From contig NW_005434633.1 in assembly GCF_000315625.1 (NCBI RefSeq), forward strand, positions 324,130-388,129: a stretch of DNA of 64,000 bases, given 5' to 3'. The stretch is from Guillardia theta CCMP2712 (lineage: Eukaryota > Protista > Cryptophyta). The notes under the pieces were generated by a model. That model saw nothing but the letters and a program-made list of their open reading frames with translations. It was not told the origin of the DNA and searched no databases. The translations under genes and the position numbers were made by a program. Below are positions 27,650 to 40,500 of this stretch, in pieces (within the stretch, counting starts at the first letter, position 1; the number at the start of each line of letters is the position of its first letter).

Positions 27650-30484
27650 ACCTCGTCCTCGTCCTCGTCCTCGTCCTCATCACCATCCTGATCATACCCC
27701 TCCTTCTGATTTCCCCAAATCTCCTGAATCTCTCTCCTTCAGTTATCTCCTCTTCCTCTCTGACATGAAATGTCTACAACACCTCAATCTCAACCTCCTC
27801 CTCTTCCACCACGTCCTCCTTCACCACCACCTCCTCCTACCATGTTGAGGTAAGCTTCTGGCCACTTCCCGTCCATCTTCAGCCCCTTCCTGTACGCCTC
27901 CACCGCCTCTTCGTGCTTCCCCTGCCGCTGCAGAGCAACGCCCATATTGATCAGGATTGCAGCGTTCGGACGGAGCTCGTTGGCTCGTTCGTAGGCCTTG
28001 GCCGCCTTGTCCAGCTGCTCGTCCGACAGGTACGCAGCTGCCAGCCACTGCCAGGCCTCGACGTCAGCTGGAGTCATCCTAGTCGCCTCCTCGAAGCAGA
28101 CAGAGGACAAGCGGAGGCGTCGGAACTGCTGCTGGAGCTCGTGACCGACGTCCTTGAGCATTCTGTTGTCTCCATACTTGGGCGAGGGGCAAGAGGAGGG
28201 AGGAGGAGGGAGGAGGAGTGGATCTTTGCTGCTCAGATCGATCTCGATCGATCCCTGTCCCCTGTCCTCTCCCAGAGCTCTTTTCACCTCCTGATCGAAA
28301 CGATGCAGGTCACCTTGCCTCCTGACCAGGTAGACGTAGCGAGCAAGCTTGAGGACGAGGTGCTGCTGAATCCATACCACCATGTAGTGATCACCCATCC
28401 TCCACAAGTCAGACAGGGGGAACTCTAGGTAATCTTCGGCGACCATCCAGACTCTCTTGAAGACAGCGCTCAGAGTTGAGACGATCGGCTCGACATGCTG
28501 CTTGGTTCGCTTCTTGTGCAGCCAGACGACAAACACGCAGTTCTTGTTCAGTTTCGCAGCAGGGCCCTTGCTGAACAGAAGGGGAAGGCGAGAAAGACAA
28601 TCGTCTCTTTCCTCCAAACACCAGCTGGGCACGTGCAGGGCAACGCACTGGGAAGCGACATGTTTGATGTTTATCCTGTTCGCAGCTTCTCTGACGTAAT
28701 GATTCTCTCGCACTCCCTTTCGCAGCGCCTTCTCAAGGTACAGCTGGTTCACAGGATGCTCATACCCTCCAAACTTGTGCGAGAATTCCTTGATAGTGAG
28801 CAGCGGGATCTGATTGACTTTGTCTCGGAGGTACATTAGTTCGTCTTCGTCCACCTGCCCCCCAGCTCCCTTGATCGTAAGGATGATCGCGTCAGCGTAA
28901 GAACCCGTCCGCTCCTTGGCCTCACTTGCGTTCATCATGTACAGCATGGCCGACGGCCTGATGTTCTCCAGCGGCACCCGGTCGTTCTCGGGAAATGAGC
29001 TCTCGAAGACACCATCAGGAAAGCCGCTCTCTAGCGCCTGCACGTCCAGGAACGAGTCAACGGTGCACCTGTACATGTCCTGGTCGATGTCTGCCAGCAC
29101 GATGTCCTCTCCTCCGCAGTACATGCGAGGTAGGATCAGGGCTCGTCCCATGACCCTCGCTATGGACAGTGCTTCCTTCAGTCTGTCTACCTCCTCCCAC
29201 ACGTTCACCGTCCCTTCCAGCGGCTCGTACGTCAGGTAGAGCCTTCTCTTGGCATACCTCTCGTCTGGATCAGACATCCATAGGAGGTGCTCCCTGAACC
29301 TGTGAACTTTCTGAACGTGTGTGTTGCCGTCGCCCTGCCCATCGGCCCAGTTGTTGTGAACGGCAACCAAGTCAGCGCCGCTCCTCTGCCCCAGCATTCG
29401 CATAAAATAGACCCAGCCATTCGAAACCCTCGCAGGGTCCATGATACTGAAAGTCAAGGACTCAGCGGTCCTCCGCTCCCAGTTGGAGATAGCCGTGTTG
29501 TAGGCATCCTGATCCATCTTGTCGGGACGAGACGCAAGGAGGCGGACTACTTCCCTCATGAACGCGATCGTGGTCGGGTGCGGGGACATGTATGCGAAAC
29601 CGCTGTTGACGAAGTAGGGAGTGTTTCCCATGGCGTAGTCGAAGTGAGCATCAGACATCAGGTTCAGGTGGCTGCCGACAACCTCCGGCACGGAGAAGGG
29701 ATCTTTGAACCAAACAACATCCGCGTCGCTGAGGAGGAGATGGAAACCGAGCTCGAGCACGCGCAACGTCAGCGTGGGTTTGAGATGAACGATCTTCTTG
29801 AAGGGATCAGACCCGAAGTCGGTGGCCCTGCCAAGAAAGGAGAAAAGAGAAGTTACAAGTAGAAGAGAAGAGAGAAGAACAAGGGAAGCGGAGAGAAAGA
29901 GACGCAGATAGGAAGAGGAGAGGCAACGCAACAAACGAGAGGATGGTACGAACTTCAAGATGGTGGTACATCTCAGGGTAGGAAAGGTTAAAGACTACCT
30001 CTTGTCTATCTTCCCTTCATCCAACCTGGGATCATAGAAGACGTTTGCCTCGCCCTTGAGGGACGAGTACGCCTCGGCATCAAGGGCGAAGATGACATAG
30101 TTGTCCACCCCGACACTCCTTACATGATGCAGCCAGTTCATGCAGTAGTTCAAGTATCCGCTGTTTGAGAAGGTGATAGCAATCTGCTTCTTTGAGTTGG
30201 AGTATTGCTCGAGAGCTGAGGGAAGGTAAAGAAACCAGTGAGAATGCTACACAGTTATGCCATCACGAAGCAGAGGGAGTGGGCAGAGTTGCAGCACAAA
30301 CACGATTCACGAGGGAAAAAAAGGAGAATTGAAGCACAGAAGACTGTCATCGAGTATCGAGGTTCTTACCTGAGCGAAGCTGCGCGTCCACCTCTGCCAA
30401 CACATCCTCCGCTTTGACCACACTGCTCGCCATGCAGGCAAGGCAGAACAAGGAAACCAGGACCCTTAGTGACTTGCTCGTCAT
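24402..30484 (-). CDS. Signal peptide + GT77 nucleotide-diphospho-sugar transferase + TPR + GT41 (OGT/SEC-like) fusion protein
   Basis: MTSKSLRVLVSLFCLACMASSVVKA signal; LLSDADVVW, NSGF, DQDAYN, HNNW (GT77); TPR repeats; LRVGYLSADFKDHP, INLAGHTRG, PAPVQL, FNQLHKI, LFLDTPSYNAHSTGCDVLWSGTP (GT41). Confidence 0.8.
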
Positions 30485-31421
30485 GGAAGATAGGACCCAG
30501 AGGGCCTCTTGAACTTGTCCCTTGCTCTTCCCGCCTTCTATCCAGCCTTCTTCTGCTCTTCCTCCCTCCCTTGTCACCTCATCGCCCTCCCTCCCTTGCC
30601 ATCTTCAGGCAGGATCCTGTCCCACGTCCTTCTGAAGTGAATGTGACATTTGGGGCAGCACCATTCATCTAGAAAAACTAATCAGTCTAAAAATTACTGT
30701 CTTTGACTGTGCTAGTATCATAGTATCAGTGCCACGGGCCGGGCCCAACTTGCCGGGTTGACTCACTGCAGACTCCCGCCGGCCCGGCAACCTTCACTGA
30801 GATCCGTTCGAAAGTTCCACACAACTGGCACTTTGAATGATTTGGTGAGTTCAAATGAAGTTCGTGCGACTCATACTACAGTGCTTGCTTGTTTTCAGAA
30901 CGTTATACCACGCCCAAAGCTGTACGGCGTTGTGATGAAATCTGCTTTCTGTCTCTGCACCAATTGTAACATGGTACCTTTGATGCAGATATTCAAGCTT
31001 CTTGCCAGTCAAGATCCGGATTCAACATGTACGTATAGGTAAGAATTTCTGTACATGTATAAACCTCGACGAAAGAAGGCCGGTAAATGTTGAGCTGTGC
31101 GATTGAATTTTATGATCTTTCCAACTCTCTTCGATCCTTGACCTTCATTCTGTCGTGAGTCACTCAGTCAAAACTTGCAAGGGTCGGTCAACCTGTCCGC
31201 TATGCACTACAAATGACGCGATGAGTCAATAGTGTCTGTTTCACATGGCTCCTGCATCGACACGATCGATCGGTGCGGGCGCGCAGAGGGAGACAGGAAT
31301 TCGATAGCGATATTTCGATAGAATCGACAATAAACATCATCTTTGCATTTAAACATCATCTTATTTGCATGATGTTTATTGAGGAGCAATGATAGGCGAG
31401 AAAATTTCATCATGCCTTCCC

Positions 31422-31990
31422 TCACTGCATGTCTTTGTCTGTTCCCTCTTCACATACGGCATCTTGTTCGGTGATCAACTTCAGAATCTGGGCAAGATGT
31501 CAGTGAAAAGTAAAATTTACAGGTGACGGTGGGACCGCTTTCTTGCTTGTTTCCTGCTGCTCTCCCGCAATCAACAGCTCGTCGAGGATATAGTAGGCTT
31601 TGTGGAAATTGAAGATCAGGTCAAGCTCGCAGACATTCCCGAAGTATCTGTCAAGGACTTCGACAAACTGATGAATTACTTCTAAAGTGATGAGCTCGTT
31701 GTCCGTCTTATCAACTGCTCAAGTATCATTCACAACGATCAAGGTGGGGGATAAAGAAGATCTTTGTGTGTTAGCTCACCGCATGTGATGAAGAACAAGC
31801 TTGCATATCGCTTGTAGATCAGCTTGTACTCCCTCCACTCCAAGAAGTTGCAAAGCTTCTGGGGGCGGCTAAGGCACATTTGAGAGACCTCTCTGATCAT
31901 TTTTTTCTTGTCCTTGTCGCTGTACGTGGTGTACCATTTCGACAACCTGCACTTTCCTTGACGGCTGACGAGGAGGAAAAATTGTATCAT
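31422..31990 (-). CDS. AP1S: AP-1 adaptor complex sigma subunit
   Basis: [20 protein letters not shown]...[10 protein letters not shown]; exon 2 [42 protein letters not shown]. Confidence 0.92.
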
Positions 31991-33358
31991 TCTGGTGGAG
32001 AGTGTACAAGGCCAAGAGAGAAAATCTCTTTGTTTCAACAGACAACTTCACACGGTTTGCAGGTGGAATGCGAGTCTTGTCGATCCTGTGCCAGAGCAAG
32101 GAGGCGAGAACGATGAGGTGGAGAAGTCAAAGAACAGAGGAAAGGAGAGGAGAGACGCAGGCTGTGAGACGAGCGGGAACGACAGGAAGAGGCGAGGGGG
32201 GGGGGGAGCGGCGACAGGAGCGGCGCTGGTCTGCGAGCTGGTTCGATGTGGCGGTGAATGAGGGCGATGAGGTGGCGATGACCGGTGGATCCAACGTGGG
32301 GCCGGTCGGGCCCGGCCCGGCGCCCGTACACTGACCGGAACGTGCTACGGCCCAGTCACTCCGCGGTTCGGCGGGCGGCCGCCGGGCCCGGGCCGGCGAA
32401 TGAGACGCGGCGTGTCACTCGCAGGTCACGGGGCAGCCGCTGAGACATTATTGTACGCTCGCGGCAAGCTACGACTTGGAGGGTGTCGCTGCTCTAAATT
32501 TCACTAGGAGGAGGGAAGGGAGGGGGCGAGAGAGGGAGGAAAGGGAGGGAGGGAGGGAGGGAGGGAGGGAAGGGAGGAAGGGAGGGAGTGGGTTACAACT
32601 CAGACATCGCTCCCTTTCAGCCACTGCCTGCTAACCAGGGGAGGGGAATTTCCTTTCGTTTACCTTCAAGGCTTCATTCTTCCTTACCCCTCCCACTACC
32701 GCCGGATAGCACAGGTACCCTGCCGGACACGCCCTGCCGGGCATGGCACGGAAGACGTCCGCCGGGCTGCAGTAGCGAACCAACCGGACACGCCGGCACA
32801 GCCGTGGCCCCATGGCATGATGGGCCCATCATAACGAGCCGCCTGAGCGGGTGCAGCTTTCGAGGAGACAACAATAGCTTCCGGACATCACAGTTTTCAA
32901 TACATAGTCGTGTTGGGCATGGAATCTGGTTTGACTGGTAACGTAGACGGTTGCAAGTGGTTGACACGGCGATTACATATGACATGGCATTGATGCCTGA
33001 ATTGCACTCTCAACCTCTGTAGCTCTGTACGCTGCCATGCAAGCAACTGTATCAATGGTGTGCAGATAGAGCTTGTGCGTCCCTGCCCCTTCAATTTCTT
33101 CGACCTCCTGCTGCATCCCCACTCCTGCTACAAACAGACTGATCCGCTCCGGACACACCAGCCACGTCGCCCAGGGTGATGCCATATTTTCGCCGAGCGA
33201 GAGCGATGCTGGCAGCGGTAGGGGCGCGGGGCCTGGTCGTCAGCAGCACTGTCAAGTTGGTGACTTGGTCTGGATCGGAGCACCTGGGTACTCAGACGCT
33301 CCACCTGCAGGAGCCGCGAGATCAGGAAAGACGGTAAGGCTCCATGCGTGGCTGATCC

Positions 33359-34783
33359 TCTTGCAACGATGGAGATCGAGCAAGGTGTCGTCTGACTTGA
33401 TCGCCTTGACGGTTACAAGCAGCTGAGGATGTGACATTGTAGGCATGAAATGACAGTGTGCAGCTACGAGCGAAGACGCATGCTTGTGTGATGATAGTCT
33501 GATCTTGAGTTTACTCCCAAGCCTCTGCTACAGCCTTGTACTCTCTCTCGCAGCTAGGTCTCCCTCCCCTAGCTCCCCCGCTCCTGCCACAAACAGACTG
33601 ATCCGCTCCGGACACACCAGCCACCCGTCCTCGCTGTAGCCGCTCCCGCCCCTCCTCCCTCCCTCTTCCTGCTCGCGCTCCTCCTCCTGACCGCCATGGG
33701 TCGCCCCCCCGCCAGGCTGAGGGTCTTGCTGCGCCGCTGGTCCGGGAGCGCGGAGGCGGCTGGTGGTGCTGGCCCAGGTCCGGCGGTTCCAGATGTCTCG
33801 GACGGCCTTGGGGGTGATGCCGTACTTGCGAGCGAGAGCGACGCTGGCAGCGGTAGGGAGCCAGGGCCGGGAGGGAGGATGGGAGAGGCGGAAGAGGAAG
33901 ATGTCGCGCGCGATGAGAGAGTCGATGCGGGCGCGAGGCCTGCCGGGAGGAGAGGGAGGAGAGGGAGGAGAGGGAGCAGTGGGAGGAGAGGGGGCAGAGG
34001 TAGCAGAGGGAGCAGAGGCAGTAGGGGGGGGAGGAGGGAGGGACATGAGGTGTGAGGAGCGTGCGAGGGAGGGAGGGAGGGAGTTGCCTTGAAAGAGTCA
34101 AGCCCGACTGCAAATCGCAACCTTTGAGACCAAGCGGTCGCATTAGATATGGTGGACTTAGAGGGCATCGTTTGAAATTGACCACAATAGATATTTAGGT
34201 GGTCAAATCTCAAACGTTGTTAATTTCAGTCGTCCAGAGTAGGCCTGATAGATATAAGCGTGACGGTCACGGCACCGAACGACGTGCTAGACGAACTTGA
34301 AGCTTTTCGCTGGGAGCGCAGGGAAATGACTCCTTTTAAACGCCTCCAGCCTCTCCTCGCTTCAAGCGCACCCTCCCGTCCCTGCCCCAGCCCTCCCCTC
34401 CCAAGCGCACGTATACTCCTGTCTCATCCTCCGTCTCCTCGTGCCCAGCGGCTGCCTCGATGACCTGCGTACCCTCTCACCCCTTGCATGTCCCTCTGCG
34501 GCCTGCGGCTCCCGTCGTCTGCCGGTCGCGACAGCTCGCGGCTATCCGAGCTTCCATCAGGCTCATCATGGACAAGTCGACCGTCACGTCAGCCATGGGC
34601 GAGGAGATGCGGCTATAGCGGGCCCTCCCGCGCCTACCGGGCCTTGTTGCTCATACAGAGCTTGTAGGCGTTGGGGAGCGGGTCACCCATGCTAGATGAC
34701 GCTGCTGCCCAAGGCATACGCCGAGGGGCGCAAGAGGCCTGACTGAGGGCGGCGAAGGATGCCGTGGCGTGTAGTCTGCTCTT
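33359..34783. repeat. Tandem duplication unit, copy 1 (empty-site allele)
   Basis: Near-identical to ~35873-37326 plus 46292-46384. Confidence 0.9.
33528..34046 (-). CDS. Small HTH-like protein (LARKYGITPKAVRDIWNRRTW), copy 1
   Basis: HTH-like LAxKYG..P..VxDIW..RTW motif after a Pro-rich N-terminus. Confidence 0.5.
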   Translation of the reverse strand: MSLPPPPPTASAPSATSAPSPPTAPSPPSPPSPPGRPRARIDSLIARDIFLFRLSHPPSRPWLPTAASVALARKYGITPKAVRDIWNRRTWASTTSRLRAPGPAAQQDPQPGGGATHGGQEEEREQEEGGRRGGSGYSEDGWLVCPERISLFVAGAGELGEGDLAARESTRL

Positions 34784-36024
34784 GATTGTGCTGCATCACG
34801 CCCACACACACGCCCGCAACGTGGTGATCCTCGAGGCTTTACAGGATGAACCTTAAGCGTAGCTCAACAAGAGCTTGCGTCGGAGTCTCTCTACAAAGAG
34901 GAAAGCAGAGAGTGACAGGAGGAGATCTATTTCGCTCCATTCTCCTACAACAAACACAACAAGCCGACACACACTGATATGGCACAACAGATGTGGCGCA
35001 CACACGAATGGAGAAGATGACCACCTAGTCCTAATGAGGATGATCCTTTTAAAGCTTCGAATGAGACAGGAGTACCGTCATGTGGCTGAGGGAGGTAGGG
35101 GTGCTCCGTCCTTTGAAGTTGACAAGCTTTTCTTCTCAGATGTGGAACATCCCTTCAGCACTTGGAGAGAAAACTTTGCTCTCTTGTAGGGAAGTGCCAG
35201 CTTGCCAGTGCTGCTGACGATGAGAGGGAAGAAGACGCGTCTCTGCACTATTGGCTATGGAGGCCACCGTTTGACGAACGAGGTTTTCAATGCCAAGCTC
35301 TTGCGTCCACATGTACAGCGGCTTGTTGCTCTTCAGCCTGTTCCCGGGTTGTCGCGAATAGGTCAGTTCCGAACACAAGTACGAGACAGCCCACTGTACA
35401 TTCTTCTGTGTAAACCTTTGTCTGACTCGGGCGCAGCTCCTTTGAGCTCCGACACAACGATGTGAGATGTCAGATCAGCACGCGTTTACGCACAATGAGT
35501 TAGGTAGGAGATTGGCTGCTTGCTTGGATGCCAGGCTGACTGCAGGTAGCAACTCGATGATGGCGGCTGGTTTGCGGGAGGACGGTCATTGGATCTCAAA
35601 GACCTCTCCGTTGGCTTTGCAGCTCAAGAGGACGAGAGCTAGCATGATACAGACACCGTATAATGCAGGAGAGCAAAGATCGCATGCCCAAACCTCTGTA
35701 AGATGGAAGGACGAGGGTCCTTTCATGCTCGGTAGACAGGAAGCAAGCATACAGCACAGGCAGGTAGTAAGCCCGTAGGAAGGAAGACCGAGCAGAAACC
35801 GAGGTATGCGGAAGAAAAGACAGCGAAGCAAGAACCAGCACCTGCATGATGAGGCCGAGGAGACGGTAACGCTCTTGCGACGATGGAGATCGAGCAAGGT
35901 GTCGTCTGACTTGATCGCCTTGACGGTTACAAGCAGCTGAGGATGTGACATCGTAGGCATGAAATGACAGTGTGCAGCTACGAGCGAAGACGCATGCTTG
36001 TGTGATGATAGTCTGATCTTGAGT

Positions 36025-36708
36025 TTACTCCCAAGCCTCTGCTACAGCCTTGTACTCTCTCTCGCAGCTAGGTCTCCCTCCCCTAGCTCCCCCGCTCCTG
36101 CCACAAACAGACTGATCCGCTCCGGACACACCAGACACCTGAGGGTCTTGCTGCGCCGCTGGTCCGGGAGCGCGGAGGCGGCTGGTGGTGCTGGCCCAGG
36201 TCCGGCGGTTCCAGATGTCTCGGACGGCCTTGGGGGTGATGCCGTACTTGCGAGCGAGAGCGACGCTGGCAGCGGTAGGGAGCCAGGGCCGGGAGGGAGG
36301 ATGGGAGAGGCGGAAGAGGAAGATGTCGCGCGCGATGAGAGAGTCGATGCGGGCGCGAGGCCTGCCGGGAGGAGAGGGAGGAGAGGGAGGAGAGGGAGCA
36401 GTGGGAGGAGTGGGGGCAGAGGGAGCAGAGGGAGCAGAGGGAGCAGTGGAAGGAAAGGGGGCAGAGGTAGCAGAGGGAGGAGAGGGAGCAGAGGGAGCAG
36501 AGGGAGCAGTGGGAGGAGAGGGGGCAGAGGTAGCAGAGGGAGTAGGGGGGGGAGGAGGGAGGGACATGAGGTGTGAGGAGCGAGGGAGGGAGGGAGGGAG
36601 GGTGTTGCCTTGAAAGAGAGTCAAGCCCGACTGCAAATCGCAACCTTTGAGACCAAGCAGTCGCATTAGATATGGTGGACTTAGAGGGCATCGTTTGAAA
36701 TTGACCAC
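36025..36708 (-). CDS. Small HTH-like protein, copy 2 (internal deletion gives a different C-terminus)
   Basis: Same RKYGITPKAVRDIWNRRTW core as copy 1. Confidence 0.45.
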   Translation of the reverse strand: MVNFKRCPLSPPYLMRLLGLKGCDLQSGLTLFQGNTLPPSLPRSSHLMSLPPPPPTPSATSAPSPPTAPSAPSAPSPPSATSAPFPSTAPSAPSAPSAPTPPTAPSPPSPPSPPGRPRARIDSLIARDIFLFRLSHPPSRPWLPTAASVALARKYGITPKAVRDIWNRRTWASTTSRLRAPGPAAQQDPQVSGVSGADQSVCGRSGGARGGRPSCEREYKAVAEAWE

Positions 36709-36854
36709 AATAGAAATGGCGTTTGTTCGTAAACCTCTAGGAGGTGGTCAAATCTCAAACGTTGTTAATTTCAGTCGTCCAGAGTAGGCCTGATAGATAT
36801 AAGCGTGACGGTCACGGCACCGAACGACGTGCTAGACGAACTTGAAGCTTTTCG

Positions 36855-36954
36855 NNNNNNNNNNNNNNNNNNNNNNNNNNNNNNNNNNNNNNNNNNNNNN
36901 NNNNNNNNNNNNNNNNNNNNNNNNNNNNNNNNNNNNNNNNNNNNNNNNNNNNNN
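36855..36954. other. Assembly gap (100 N)
   Basis: N run. Confidence 1.
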
Positions 36955-37326
36955 CCCTCCCCTCCCAAGCGCACGTATACTCCTGTCTCATCCTCCGTCT
37001 CCTCGTGCCCAGCGGCTGCCTCGATGACCTGCGTACCCTCTCACCCCTTGCATGTCCCTCTGCGGCCTGCGGCTCCCGTCGTCTGCCGGTCTCGACAGCT
37101 CGCGGCTATCCGAGCTTCCATCAGGCTCATCATGGACAAGTCGACCGTCACGTCAGCCATGGGCGAGGAGATGCGGCTATAGCGGGCCCTCCCGCGCCTA
37201 CCGGGCCTTGTTGCTCATACAGAGCTTGTAATCATACGACTGTTGCTGTAAATAAACTCGTATCTCACCTCACGCCGTCTCCTAGTCGCGGGGCTCCTTG
37301 TAGGCGTTGGGGAGCGGGTCACCCAT

Positions 37327-37550
37327 GTGTGTTATATTTTTTACCCCCTCACCCCACGTGTATATTTCGCACCATTTTGATGTGAAATTTTGCTATACTC
37401 AAAGTCTTGTGTATATCCTTACGTTCTCATAAGAGTTTCTGTCAATCTCTCAAAAAATTCCTTACCATTCCAATGTGAAAAAATTTCTCGCACCATAACA
37501 GTGTGGGATTTCTTCGAGAGATTGTGAGAATTCGCATGAGATAAAAAATA
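37327..37550 (+). repeat. Left terminal inverted repeat (224 bp)
   Basis: gtgtgttatattttttaccccc...gagataaaaaata is the reverse complement of 46068-46291. Confidence 0.95.
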
Positions 37551-37566
37551 ATGTTTAATCGGATGC

Positions 37567-40500
37567 TTAATTATTTATTCTATAGTGTCCAAGTGCCAAG
37601 CTACTAAATCCTAAAGATACGTCCCAATATCTTTTATCATCTGTATTACTCAAAGCAGTCTTAGACTGTTTTATTGTATAATTTTGAAGCTTAGAGCTTC
37701 TTATTCCATGTACCTTACAAGTTAGCGGTTTATTCTCAGAAACACATTTATCGTAGTCGTCATGTTTAATGTCAGTCTTTACAATAGCAGAAGGAACACC
37801 CTTCAATTTCTTCACATTTTCATATCCATCTTTCATGCTGTATTTTTTATAGGAGTAGCATTTTGGTCGTACTCCTATGAACTCTGACATAATTTTATCT
37901 CCTAGTTCATCCTTAAATTTGCCAATAACTTTTTTATTTGTTTCATCGTGTAAAGGGTTCTCTTTGCTGTACTCGCTCATATCAAAATGTTCGCGCATCT
38001 CCCATATATCGTTATAAAGATCTTCAGTATATACAGCAAAGAAGAAGCTATCTGTGTCTGTTGCTAGAAGCTTGAGATTTTCTTTATATTTTGGCTTCAT
38101 TATGTTGTAATAGAAGTCGTACATTAGATATTTAGACAGGTCCAATATAGAGAACCCAGCATATATTGGCTTATCTAGTTTTACGCTTTCTTCTTTCAAT
38201 GAAACTAATACCATTTCATTGTGTATAATTTCCCATTTAGTACAGTTAGGCTTATTTGAATATTTTTGTGCTTTCTCTAATGTAGTTGGTAGCTTTACCT
38301 TAACCCTATTTCTTACATTCTCCATAGTCTTACCAAATACAGCATTATTCATGAGCTTATAATAATCTTTTTCAAAGTCATTTTTTGATAATTTTCTTAG
38401 ATCAGTGTTTTTATCAATCCAAGGCTTAAGCCATGCTTGCTGTTTATATGTGATAACTCTATGTATCTTTGTAAGCTCAAGACCTAAACTAAGATATAGT
38501 TTCAAGTTTCTATAGTCTATAACATAATTTTTCTTATTGTGAAGAGTACCACATAGCTTTTCACAATTACCAAGTTTTATTTTTTCAGGAGCTAAAGGGT
38601 AATCATTATGGTAGTCATGTAATTCTTCTGGATATCTTAAATCTACTTCTAGAGTTGCCCCCTCATCTTCTCTTAAACTTTCAATATCAAATAGTTCAGG
38701 ATTTTTTAACCATGTAAAACCTCCAATGGGAAGAGGTAGAGACATAGCCCAACCGTAAAGATTATTAGCATCTCCATAATATAGATATGAAGATGGTTTA
38801 TTAGGGTTATAATCTTCAAGATACTTATTATTAGCCTTAAATTTCTTACTCATTATGATAGACTGACCGCCTCTTATTCCTGCCTCATAGAATTCATACA
38901 TTTCAATATCTGTCAAATTTTCAAGCTTGACATTTGTAAGCAAGAGCATAGCGGACCACCCATAGGAAGGAGTGCCAACAAAGAAGCAGGGGTCAAGTTT
39001 ATAAGTCTTAATGCTAAGCTCTATAAAGCTTTCAAATACATCAGCTAAGCCATTAACATCTTTATGTAGATATATATCATGATACTCACCAAATGTTTTT
39101 ATGTTAAGTGCTTCAACTGTTTCTAGAAGCTCATCATATTCTTCTTCAGAACATCCAGAGCTTCTTTTGATCTCAGACTTAAAGCTTTCTTTTTTAAGCT
39201 CAGTTATTGGATAGTCAAATTTTTCAATGCTGTCAAACCATTCATAAGGAAATATACCCTTACCATTCAAATATTTAAACTGTTCTTCTGTTTCACAAAG
39301 AGATCTCAAATATGTCCTTTTGTCTTTAGGAATGTTGTTTATAAGCTTTTCAAGTCCAGATGACATAAACCTAAAGCTATCTATAAAGGAGTATTGTCCA
39401 ACCTTGAAGTATTTAAATTTCTCGGTATTATCTGGAATTACGCTTATTTCTTTAACATTGTAGAATTTGCCAAATTCTGTCAAGAATAGATTTTTATCAT
39501 AATTGCTGTTATGAAATATGACTGGGATATCTATATTATTACGCTTTAGGTTAGCTTTTAAGTTACAATTTCTACACAAAGGCATGATGTAATCACCAGT
39601 GAAATGGTTATGATGCCTGCATTTATAATTTGTATGATCAAATACACATTTACAACAAGGACAATTTCTAGTTTTATTATACTCTTGTTTTTGCTCTGAG
39701 TTCATACAAATTGTTTTATAATCTTCATGTTCTTCAAGGGCTGAATTTATTGAGTTATTAAGTGCGTCTTTAATTCTCATAAGCAAGCTTGCAAACTCAT
39801 AAGCGGGTTTTTCTCCTCGATACAAGTAATCATAAATATACTTATCATTTACTTTTTTATGATCAAACCCAATAAGCGGAATGTCTGAGACAATCAATAT
39901 TTTAAAGCTGGCTGCCTTATGTTTACTGTAATATGAAGTGTTGCCATTCTTACTAATCTTTGTATCGTTATAATCTTGTATAGCCTCAAAGTCTCCATAT
40001 ATTCTAATAGGTAACTTATTAAGTGCGACATGCTTATTGAAGCTAATATAAATTTTTTCATTTTCTTCTTTTTGCTTTGGCATCTCAAGCCTTTGGTAAT
40101 TATTTGTAATACAGAACTTCTTATGATTTTCTAGGGCTTGCTTACTTTTAAAGTTACATGTACAACATATGTCACAGAATAACGACCGATTATCTGTTGC
40201 GTCATGTCCTAACAATGCGTTGATGCTCTTAATATATGAGTAATGCCCATCATGTAGCATTAAATTTATGCGTTTCAAGCTGTGGTCTTTATTAGAAACA
40301 TGAGATGTAACAATCTTTTTGTTAGTGATAGTATAAACATTTATTGCTAGGTTGTTTTTAGTCTCAAACTTACAAATATCTTTTACTTTCATAGGAAGCT
40401 CAAAGCCTTGATAATCCAATTTATCAAGATACTTATCATAGTTGCTTACTCTGTTAGGGTTCTTGATTTCTTTAGATGTTGGATAGAGATCCGCAAGAAC

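Larger units (their letters stand above)
35873..37326. repeat. Tandem duplication unit, copy 2 (interrupted by the TIR element; continues at 46292-46384)
   Basis: Direct homology to 33359-34690. Confidence 0.9.

Noticed and set aside
33359-37326. Tandem units as a pure haplotype/assembly duplication
   Set aside because: They differ by several indels and repeat counts and are separated by a unique ~1.1-kb spacer; the gap at 36855 leaves some doubt
37321-37333. 5-6-bp TSD around the TIR element
   Set aside because: Left flank acccat and right flank gctaga do not match, and the empty site shows no duplication
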